From Caecitellus pseudoparvulus (taxonomy: Eukaryota > Protista > Bigyra: Bicosoecida), in the NCBI GenBank assembly GCA_965644315.1, contig CBFFRQ010000133.1:1-17172 (forward strand): DNA of 17,172 nucleotides, written 5' to 3'. This document shows, piece after piece, positions 8,851-17,172 of the stretch; the stretch's first letter is position 1; each line of letters opens with the position of its first letter. Below the pieces are notes generated by a model. That model saw nothing but the letters and a program-made list of their open reading frames with translations. It had not been told where the DNA came from and made no database searches. The translations under genes were made by a program, and so were the position numbers.

Positions 8851-11773
8851 TTTCCAAATGTCAAGCTAATCACAAGTTGTGAAGTGCTAACATTGCCTAA
8901 TCCAGGCGCTCGTGCACCCAAGTGTGGTGTTGCACAGTGCTTGCTGGTTGGGTGGTGCGCACCGGGGCGGGGTAGTGCGAATTCCGCACACCATCGCACC
9001 GTGGCTCCCAGTTTGCGCCCTCGGTCGGGGCATGCACCTGGGATCGACATCAAAAGCATCATTGACAAGCATCATGAACGCCCAAGTGGATCAAGTCCTG
9101 GGGGTCCTCTTCGTGGAGGGGTGCCTGAAGCGCAAGCAAGTGCTCGGCCCCAGAACAGGTGTCTTCACTGACATGCCACGTCGGGGTGCCGCACGCACCT
9201 TCGAGCTTGGAGGACCCCTGCCCAAGACTGATCATGATAGTTCATCTTCGGCACGGGACATGTGGCTCGAGGTCTATGGGGAAGCCGCCGAACGGCTGAT
9301 CCCAGGGCTGAGTGCGGAATTCGGCAACGCCAATGCGGCCCTGCGCCAGGGACCCACCGGATCGCCAACCATCCTCGTCACGCTCGGAAGTGAGGGTGAT
9401 TCACCAACAGTGGCACGTCAACTTCGCATTCTTGCTGCTCAAGAGGACGACTTCGCCATTCGAGTCGGCCAAGGTGGGTTCGTCGCCGTGGCCTACACCA
9501 ACACCAAGCAGTTCGCATCGGCGAAGGCGAAAGTGAAGGTGAAGGCCCACCCCACCGCCATCCAAGTGGCCCACCAAGTGACCAAGGAAGCAACCGAAAT
9601 CGCCTGCCAGTCAGGTGATGTTGCCAAGGTCATGTGCCTCGTTAGGTCCCACTTCGACCATGGCCCCGTGCCAGCCCAAGCCGTCCGTCCCAGTGTCAGA
9701 CAATCCGTCCCCTCCGAGGGTGATGCACCTGTCGACACCAAGACACCATCGACCTGGACTGACACTCAGCTCGACAAGGCACCGAAGAAGAAGAAGACCC
9801 GTCGAGGCAAGCGAGGAAAGGGCAAGTCAGCCGGACGATCCCTCACCTTCGAGGACGTCTTCATCAAGAACGTCCGGCCACCTGCACCTCGACCAACCTC
9901 ACCACCTGCCACCCAAGGCTCACCCAAAGATACCGTCACCACCCCTGTGGTGCATGCCATGTTGCCTTCATCAAGGGTGCAGCGGGGCGTCGACCGCAAG
10001 TGGCCGTCCCCCACCCCGTCGGGCGAGGCAAGCCCCGAGGTGCACCGGTATCGGCCGTCTGCAGCAGCAGCATGGGAGGTGATCACAAGGGTGGTGCCTC
10101 TTCATGACAGTGTGCGGACACCCGAGCACCTGGCCGAGTACCCCATCAAGCCTGGCCCTCTGGCCGACCTGCTGTCATCGACCCACGTGTACTCTAACGT
10201 GGGGGGGCGGGCCTGTGTCCAGGCCTGTCTCGAGACGGCAGCAGGGGAGAGGGTCTTCGAGGCTGGGGACCTCCTCCTACTCCAGCATGCAGCCACCATC
10301 AACGCTGCCCAGCTTGCCTTCAAGCACATGGTCAGGCAGCTGGAGGGGGTGGTCAGTGACTCGTCCAGCTCGGACATCATGGACGTCGGCCAGAAGCCAC
10401 CCTCCCCCTTCCGCTCAGACGGGCAACGGGTGGCCGTCTTCCGCAACATGCTGCACCAGCACTCGCCGGATGACACCTTCCTGGCCCCAGGTACACCACC
10501 AGTCCTGCTTCCCGGCCTGCACCTGCTCATCGACCGCATCAACCAAGGGTACCGTGCCCCAGCCGGGCATGATGACCTTGGCCAGGCCGGCGTCGACCCC
10601 AGCCAGGTTGATGAAGAGGGTGACCAAGAGGGGCACCTCGACGGAGTGCTGTATGCCTTCGCACTTCGAGAGGTGTGGACCGACAACACGGCCCATCTGC
10701 AGCTCATCCTCGTCGACCATGATCGAGGCAAGCTGGTGCTGTGGAACCCCGACATCCCTGACCTCCATGACGAGCTGCCCCTGCACAAGTGCATGACCCG
10801 GCTGGCAGCCGAAGGCATCAACGTCTTGTACCGGATCTGGACCACACCCGAGGCGGGCAGTCCAGCACCCTTCCGGGACAGGCTTCGAGGGGCACTCCAG
10901 TCTCTCCGAGATGACTTCCCCCCCCTGCCTCACAAGGCCACCGACGGCACCGTGCACCCCCAGACCCTCATCGCTGGCAAGGGCACAAGGGTGGCCATGC
11001 CTCATGGGCGGATGACCCGACAGCAGGCCGCCACCCTGGAGGCTGAGGTCAAGGACCCCCTCAAGCGGCTGGTGCCTGAAGACGGCGAGGGTCGCCTGCC
11101 CAAGGTCAAGGATGTGCCCCACATCTCGATCGGGCAGATGGGTGGACGCCTGATGTAAGTCACCTGTGGGGGCATACTCCCTGTGCCACACATGACTGAA
11201 GCTTTGTGTCGCGACCGACGCACATAGCTGACATCGGACATTGGAAAGTCCAACCCAACCTCACCATCACCAACCCAACATCGATACCAACACATCAGGA
11301 CTCGGCTCAGTGGAAGGGGAAGGCACTTGCAGCAAGATCTGTGAGGCCGCCCCCAAACCTGAGCCGAAGGGACAGCCGGGCTGGGTCGTGTGCTTGCATC
11401 TCAGCAACACCCAGTCCGTGTCGAGTCCATATCCTCCAGCCCACACCGCCACCCAAGCCAAGCAAGTCGGGTCTCCACCCCTGGACATCGGACCGAGACG
11501 GACGAGACTGGACTGGACGGACAAGACAAGAGTGGACCGAGACCTGGACCTACACCTCAAGACCATCCCACCGGGGCGGGCGCTGAAGCGCCAAGACAGA
11601 CGGCGACTTATACAACGGACACGAGTCTGTGCTAGTCGCAAAGCCGTGCAAGCGGTGCCGTCGTGGTGTCTGTGTCACTGCATTCTGTTGTGGCGCAGGT
11701 GGCACCACATGTCCAAGCCCAAGCTGTACCATGATGTAGCCTGCATGGAGGCAATCTGCAATGCATTGAGTAG
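8851..11773 (+). mobile_element. Element B1: non-autonomous, protein-coding relative of element A (2923 bp, no functional APE or RT)
   Basis: First 91 nt differ from element A at 7 positions. The ORF is homologous to the N-terminal third of the A polyprotein. It shares the 3' terminal motif AATGCATTG..AGT.G|CTAAC and is flanked by CTAAC. Confidence 0.9.
9074..11158 (+). CDS. Element B protein (694 aa): unknown N-terminal domain, [11 protein letters not shown] basic patch, Pro-rich linker, putative cysteine protease domain
   Basis: Open ORF (track 8912-11158). ATG 9074 was chosen by alignment with element A ATG 573 (both in atcATG context, 220-223 nt from the element 5' end). Colinear homology with A runs through to DVPHISIG / DAPHTPVG. 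Confidence 0.85.
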   Translation: MNAQVDQVLGVLFVEGCLKRKQVLGPRTGVFTDMPRRGAARTFELGGPLPKTDHDSSSSARDMWLEVYGEAAERLIPGLSAEFGNANAALRQGPTGSPTILVTLGSEGDSPTVARQLRILAAQEDDFAIRVGQGGFVAVAYTNTKQFASAKAKVKVKAHPTAIQVAHQVTKEATEIACQSGDVAKVMCLVRSHFDHGPVPAQAVRPSVRQSVPSEGDAPVDTKTPSTWTDTQLDKAPKKKKTRRGKRGKGKSAGRSLTFEDVFIKNVRPPAPRPTSPPATQGSPKDTVTTPVVHAMLPSSRVQRGVDRKWPSPTPSGEASPEVHRYRPSAAAAWEVITRVVPLHDSVRTPEHLAEYPIKPGPLADLLSSTHVYSNVGGRACVQACLETAAGERVFEAGDLLLLQHAATINAAQLAFKHMVRQLEGVVSDSSSSDIMDVGQKPPSPFRSDGQRVAVFRNMLHQHSPDDTFLAPGTPPVLLPGLHLLIDRINQGYRAPAGHDDLGQAGVDPSQVDEEGDQEGHLDGVLYAFALREVWTDNTAHLQLILVDHDRGKLVLWNPDIPDLHDELPLHKCMTRLAAEGINVLYRIWTTPEAGSPAPFRDRLRGALQSLRDDFPPLPHKATDGTVHPQTLIAGKGTRVAMPHGRMTRQQAATLEAEVKDPLKRLVPEDGEGRLPKVKDVPHISIGQMGGRLM

Positions 11774-11778
11774 CTAAC

Positions 11779-14700
11779 TTTCCAAATGTCAAGCTAATCA
11801 CAAGTTGTGAAGTGCTAACATTGCCTAATCCAGGCGCTCGTGCACCCAAGTGTGGTGTTGCACAGTGCTTGCTGGTTGGGTGGTGCGCACCGGGGCGGGG
11901 TAGTGCGAATTCCGCACACCATCGCACCGTGGCTCCCAGTTTGCGCCCTCGGTCGGGGCATGCACCTGGGATCGACATCAAAAGCATCATTGACAAGCAT
12001 CATGAACGCCCAAGTGGATCAAGTCCTGGGGGTCCTCTTCGTGGAGGGGTGCCTGAAGCGCAAGCAAGTGCTCGGCCCCAGAACAGGTGTCTTCACTGAC
12101 ATGCCACGTCGGGGTGCCGCACGCACCTTCGAGCTTGGAGGACCCCTGCCCAAGACTGATCATGATAGTTCATCTTCGGCACGGGACATGTGGCTCGAGG
12201 TCTATGGGGAAGCCGCCGAACGGCTGATCCCAGGGCTGAGTGCGGAATTCGGCAACGCCAATGCGGCCCTGCGCCAGGGACCCACCGGATCGCCAACCAT
12301 CCTCGTCACGCTCGGAAGTGAGGGTGATTCACCAACAGTGGCACGTCAACTTCGCATTCTTGCTGCTCAAGAGGACGACTTCGCCATTCGAGTCGGCCAA
12401 GGTGGGTTCGTCGCCGTGGCCTACACCAACACCAAGCAGTTCGCATCGGCGAAGGCGAAAGTGAAGGTGAAGGCCCACCCCACCGCCATCCAAGTGGCCC
12501 ACCAAGTGACCAAGGAAGCAACCGAAATCGCCTGCCAGTCAGGTGATGTTGCCAAGGTCATGTGCCTCGTTAGGTCCCACTTCGACCATGGCCCCGTGCC
12601 AGCCCAAGCCGTCCGTCCCAGTGTCAGACAATCCGTCCCCTCCGAGGGTGATGCACCTGTCGACACCAAGACACCATCGACCTGGACTGACACTCAGCTC
12701 GACAAGGCACCGAAGAAGAAGAAGACCCGTCGAGGCAAGCGAGGAAAGGGCAAGTCAGCCGGACGATCCCTCACCTTCGAGGACGTCTTCATCAAGAACG
12801 TCCGGCCACCTGCACCTCGACCAACCTCACCACCTGCCACCCAAGGCTCACCCAAAGATACCGTCACCACCCCTGTGGTGCATGCCATGTTGCCTTCATC
12901 AAGGGTGCAGCGGGGCGTCGACCGCAAGTGGCCGTCCCCCACCCCGTCGGGCGAGGCAAGCCCCGAGGTGCACCGGTATCGGCCGTCTGCAGCAGCAGCA
13001 TGGGAGGTGATCACAAGGGTGGTGCCTCTTCATGACAGTGTGCGGACACCCGAGCACCTGGCCGAGTACCCCATCAAGCCTGGCCCTCTGGCCGACCTGC
13101 TGTCATCGACCCACGTGTACTCTAACGTGGGGGGCGGGCCTGTGTCCAGGCCTGTCTCGAGACGGCAGCAGGGGAGAGGGTCTTCGAGGCTGGGGACCTC
13201 CTCCTACTCCAGCATGCAGCCACCATCAACGCTGCCCAGCTTGCCTTCAAGCACATGGTCAGGCAGCTGGAGGGGGTGGTCAGTGACTCGTCCAGCTCGG
13301 ACATCATGGACGTCGGCCAGAAGCCACCCTCCCCCTTCCGCTCAGACGGGCAACGGGTGGCCGTCTTCCGCAACATGCTGCACCAGCACTCGCCGGATGA
13401 CACCTTCCTGGCCCCAGGTACACCACCAGTCCTGCTTCCCGGCCTGCACCTGCTCATCGACCGCATCAACCAAGGGTACCGTGCCCCAGCCGGGCATGAT
13501 GACCTTGGCCAGGCCGGCGTCGACCCCAGCCAGGTTGATGAAGAGGGTGACCAAGAGGGGCACCTCGACGGAGTGCTGTATGCCTTCGCACTTCGAGAGG
13601 TGTGGACCGACAACACGGCCCATCTGCAGCTCATCCTCGTCGACCATGATCGAGGCAAGCTGGTGCTGTGGAACCCCGACATCCCTGACCTCCATGACGA
13701 GCTGCCCCTGCACAAGTGCATGACCCGGCTGGCAGCCGAAGGCATCAACGTCTTGTACCGGATCTGGACCACACCCGAGGCGGGCAGTCCAGCACCCTTC
13801 CGGGACAGGCTTCGAGGGGCACTCCAGTCTCTCCGAGATGACTTCCCCCCCCTGCCTCACAAGGCCACCGACGGCACCGTGCACCCCCAGACCCTCATCG
13901 CTGGCAAGGGCACAAGGGTGGCCATGCCTCATGGGCGGATGACCCGACAGCAGGCCGCCACCCTGGAGGCTGAGGTCAAGGACCCCCTCAAGCGGCTGGT
14001 GCCTGAAGACGGCGAGGGTCGCCTGCCCAAGGTCAAGGATGTGCCCCACATCTCGATCGGGCAGATGGGTGGACGCCTGATGTAAGTCACCTGTGGGGGC
14101 ATACTCCCTGTGCCACACATGACTGAAGCTTTGTGTCGCGACCGACGCACATAGCTGACATCGGACATTGGAAAGTCCAACCCAACCTCACCATCACCAA
14201 CCCAACATCGATACCAACACATCAGGACTCGGCTCAGTGGAAGGGGAAGGCACTTGCAGCAAGATCTGTGAGGCCGCCCCCAAACCTGAGCCGAAGGGAC
14301 AGCCGGGCTGGGTCGTGTGCTTGCATCTCAGCAACACCCAGTCCGTGTCGAGTCCATATCCTCCAGCCCACACCGCCACCCAAGCCAAGCAAGTCGGGTC
14401 TCCACCCCTGGACATCGGACCGAGACGGACGAGACTGGACTGGACGGACAAGACAAGAGTGGACCGAGACCTGGACCTACACCTCAAGACCATCCCACCG
14501 GGGCGGGCGCTGAAGCGCCAAGACAGACGGCGACTTATACAACGGACACGAGTCTGTGCTAGTCGCAAAGCCGTGCAAGCGGTGCCGTCGTGGTGTCTGT
14601 GTCACTGCATTCTGTTGTGGCGCAGGTGGCACCACATGTCCAAGCCCAAGCTGTACCATGATGTAGCCTGCATGGAGGCAATCTGCAATGCATTGAGTAG
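11779..14700 (+). mobile_element. Element B2: second tandem copy of element B (2922 bp)
   Basis: Repeat of 8851-11773 at offset 2928, separated from B1 only by CTAAC (11774-11778). The one difference noticed is G6 at 13129-13134 versus G7 at 10201-10207. Confidence 0.92.
12002..14085 (+). pseudogene. Element B protein, copy 2, with a 1-nt frameshift in a G run (may be a sequencing error)
   Basis: ORFs 11840-13723 and 13255-14085 together reproduce the B1 protein; the frame changes at 13129-13134. Confidence 0.82.
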
Positions 14701-14708
14701 CTAACCCT
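14701..14708 (+). repeat. Single telomeric unit CTAACCCT at the proximal junction of the array
   Basis: ...GAGTAG|CTAACCCT|TCTTGAAGG; non-telomeric sequence follows immediately. Confidence 0.75.
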
Positions 14709-14730
14709 TCTTGAAGGGGGCACACACCGC

Positions 14731-15017
14731 AATTAAGAGAGATATTTACTTATTCATTCACTAAAAGTATAACACATGCGATTAAGAGATTCTTTTCCTA
14801 TATCTTATATTTTCTTTCTCAAAGTCTATTTTAAGAAAATTAAAATAATATTTAAAAATCCATAAAAAAAAGAGAAATTAAGGAAATAGGAAATAATGTT
14901 TTAACTTATTACTTTTTTATATTTCCTATAATTTACTATTTCTTGTTTTTAAATATACCTTAAATAATATATATTTTATTGACTATTAAATTACTATAAA
15001 ATGAACCATTAAATATA
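14731..15017. other. AT-rich low-complexity island
   Basis: About 17% GC over 14761-15000 by hand count (40/240), in otherwise GC-rich surroundings. Confidence 0.85.
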
Positions 15018-15040
15018 GTGGCTTTAGCCACGCATTACGT

Positions 15041-16594
15041 ATGTATCTATCGGGGGTGGTGTTTTACACTAAACATCCACCATCCCTTTTTTTTGCGACG
15101 CTGTTTGTGGGGGGCAATGGCTACGAGGCCTGCCCTGCAGACAGGCTGCATGTGCTGGGGAGCGGGGTGGTGGGGGACCGGACATGGGGTGCTTTGGAGC
15201 AGGGGATGCTCGCGCCTGGCCTCGGGGCGCAGGACGATCGCCAAGCGACCTTCATGCACCGCATGCAGCAGCCGCGTCCGCGCCGCATCGACGGCGTACA
15301 GGTTGTCGGCGCGGGGCGGGAGACGGCGGTCAAGCTGTCGGCCGGCAACGCCGTCACAGCAGAGGACAAGCTGGGGCTCACTCGGTGGCAGACGCTGATG
15401 ATGGGCACGGACGACGCCGTCGTGGGGCCGCCCAAGGTCCGCCAACTGCTGAACGCACTGCATGGGGCCGTGGGCGTGGTCCTGCGCTTCACGTACGGCA
15501 GGGCAGTGGCTGGGCGAGGAGACGCGTGCCGTCTGGCCCAGTGGATGGCCCGTGTGGCCACCGTGTTCCAGCTCGTCAGCAACGAGCTGCGCTCCCTTGG
15601 CCGGAAGGCTCTACCCCTCACGTACCCCAAGCTGCACATTGCGCTGCAGCTGGCGCTGGACATGCATTGGTACGGTAGCCTGGAGGCGGTGGATACCGAC
15701 CACGGCGAGACCATGCACACTCGAATCAACCGTGTGCTACGTACAGTGCACCGCGGGAAGCAGGGTGTCCTCTCCAAGCTGGCGGAGAGAGTGTGCCTCG
15801 TGCAGGCCATGAGCTGCGCGCCGTACTGTCCACCGCCAGGCTACACTCCCTCCCCCGAGACCTGGTACAACCTATTGCATTCTCGCTCCCTGGTCGCCGG
15901 CGACTGTGCCGGGGCTGCTGCTGACCCAGGCGCTGAGGTGCCACTGAACTTGGTGGGCACGGCCATGCGGCCGATCGTGACGCGATTCAGGAGCGCTGAT
16001 GAGCCACTGACCTTCCCGCAGTCCTTCGTCGCAGGGGCGAGCGCCCTGGCGTGGTTGAGGGAGCGGCGGGTGGGGCATTCGGGCAGGTTGTACAGGGTGC
16101 AACTAAAGCCTGACGACGTCGTGGATGGACAGGAAGCGGGACACCGCCCCCCCCTCACGCTCTGCACAGGCGTGAGGCTGCGGTACCCCTCTGGCAACAC
16201 CAACTGGCTGCCATTGCCGGGGCCAGCCGACGTCATGTGCATCATCCACTGGGACGGCAAGCGGTTCATGGAGCGGACACTGGTGGACGTAGCCGTGGCC
16301 CTGGCGCCGCTGAGGGACGATGCACGCAGTTACCTGCCCGATGAGACCCTCCTCTTGTGTCGTCACCTGAAGCTGGGCCCTTCTGAGGTGCAGGGGTGGG
16401 CGCGGGTAAACCACGTGCCGGAGGACGAGGCGCAACCGTGGGTGCTTGTGACGGGGGGTGTGGTAGCTGGCCCGGCCGTTGTGCACGAAGCGCCTTGGAT
16501 CGTGAAGGGCACGCCAGGGGAAGCTTCTTACCGCTTCCACTGGGCGCTGCAGGGCCCCGTCGGCAAGCAGCGCAGCGCCAGCGAGGACGCGTGA
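15041..16594 (+). CDS. Plavaka/CMC(EnSpm)-like DNA transposase, C-terminal half (probably 5'-truncated or a terminal exon)
   Basis: 517-aa GC-rich ORF with DRLHVLGSGV (D.LH...G motif) and YPKLHIALQLALDMHWYGSLEAVDTDHGETMH (PK.H...G....T..GE..H motif), as recalled for Plavaka/Tnp2-like transposases. The true start is uncertain. Confidence 0.6.
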   Translation: MYLSGVVFYTKHPPSLFFATLFVGGNGYEACPADRLHVLGSGVVGDRTWGALEQGMLAPGLGAQDDRQATFMHRMQQPRPRRIDGVQVVGAGRETAVKLSAGNAVTAEDKLGLTRWQTLMMGTDDAVVGPPKVRQLLNALHGAVGVVLRFTYGRAVAGRGDACRLAQWMARVATVFQLVSNELRSLGRKALPLTYPKLHIALQLALDMHWYGSLEAVDTDHGETMHTRINRVLRTVHRGKQGVLSKLAERVCLVQAMSCAPYCPPPGYTPSPETWYNLLHSRSLVAGDCAGAAADPGAEVPLNLVGTAMRPIVTRFRSADEPLTFPQSFVAGASALAWLRERRVGHSGRLYRVQLKPDDVVDGQEAGHRPPLTLCTGVRLRYPSGNTNWLPLPGPADVMCIIHWDGKRFMERTLVDVAVALAPLRDDARSYLPDETLLLCRHLKLGPSEVQGWARVNHVPEDEAQPWVLVTGGVVAGPAVVHEAPWIVKGTPGEASYRFHWALQGPVGKQRSASEDA

Positions 16595-17116
16595 GACGGC
16601 TTCGCCACCCAGCCCAAGGCAGCCCAAGACAGCCCGTCAAGGGGGGTGCTGCATCGGACAAATGAATCGTGCACGGCGCTTAAAATGCAATGTAACGGCA
16701 GGAAATCGCCATCATGCGCGCGTGCGCTGTGGTGCAAGGGAGCTGGCGCAGGAAGTTGGCGGCCCTGATGTGGAGGCGGAATTTGGTGCCCAAAATAGCC
16801 CACTTTGCGGCGGTCTCCTGCGCCATCCAGGGCGCAGCAGCGCGTTCCAATGCGACCACCGGCATGTACACATTGAACTCAGTGCCCTCTGCGATTTTTG
16901 CCAAAATGACCTCTGCACCAGGTCAAAGTAACGGGGCCGTGCGAGGGCCAGCCCCGCCTGCGCCACCACGCCTGACCACCCCCATCCCATTGCGCGGCTC
17001 ACTGCGGCACCCCCGACACGAAACGAAATCGACACAAAGTAGACATGAAGCAACGCCATTCCCTTCCGTTTTAGACTTCTGAAGCGCCCGGAGGGCGAAA
17101 CTTGTCTGGGAGCCGG

Positions 17117-17142
17117 ACCCGCCGAGTTGCAACTCGGCGGGT
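17117..17142. repeat. Perfect 26-bp palindrome ACCCGCCGAGTTG-CAACTCGGCGGGT
   Basis: 13 consecutive complementary pairs, no spacer. Confidence 0.9.
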
Positions 17143-17172
17143 AGGCGCGCTCAAAAAAATCTCATGACTGCG

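Noticed and set aside
7496-9068. Long ORFs 7496-8869 (+, poly-LT) and 7902-9068 (-, poly-GL)
   Set aside because: Artefacts of translating the stop-free frames of the telomeric hexamer.
8851-14700. B1/B2 as the LTRs of an LTR retrotransposon, or a CRISPR-like array
   Set aside because: No internal region, TG...CA ends, PBS or PPT; the units are 2.9-kb protein-coding copies with no repeat-spacer structure.
424-14725. Numerous antisense and alternate-frame ORFs within elements A and B (e.g. 4475-5302, 10102-10845, 10415-11191, 11241-11777)
   Set aside because: Expected shadows of GC-rich coding DNA; no recognisable motifs and no independent A/B conservation seen.
16610-16635. Short tandem CAGCCCAAG(G/A) x2.5
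   Set aside because: Too short and low-complexity to support any function.
15018-17160. Helitron 3' end at either hairpin (15018-15031 or 17117-17142)
   Set aside because: No CTRR terminus at the expected distance downstream and no Rep/helicase coding sequence.

Overview
Eukaryotic chromosome-end region; the organism cannot be identified from sequence alone. From left to right: (TAACCC)n telomeric tract (1-352); a 7.6-kb non-LTR retrotransposon, element A (353-7951); a perfect 899-bp internal (TAACCC)n tract; two near-identical head-to-tail copies of a 2.9-kb non-autonomous relative, B1 (8851-11773) and B2 (11779-14700); one telomeric unit; an AT-rich island; and an apparently 5'-truncated Plavaka/CMC-like DNA-transposase ORF. 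Element A has one long reading frame, broken by about 8 frameshifts, encoding an unknown N-terminal domain, a basic NLS-like patch, a papain/Josephin-like Cys-His-Asn protease-like domain, an APE endonuclease, a reverse transcriptase (YADD) and a CCHC knuckle. Element B keeps only the N-terminal domain and protease part as an open 694-codon ORF. All three elements have their 5' end toward the telomere, start at the identical base (CTAAC|TTTCCAAATG), lack a poly(A) tail and end in ...GAGT(T/A)G|CTAAC. The best candidate for a new system is a telomere-specific autonomous plus protein-coding non-autonomous retroelement pair carrying a cysteine protease, living inside TTAGGG telomeres. It is reminiscent of Drosophila TAHRE/HeT-A and Magnaporthe MoTeR1/MoTeR2 but differs in domain content. 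All protein-family calls are by-eye motif recognition, not database results.
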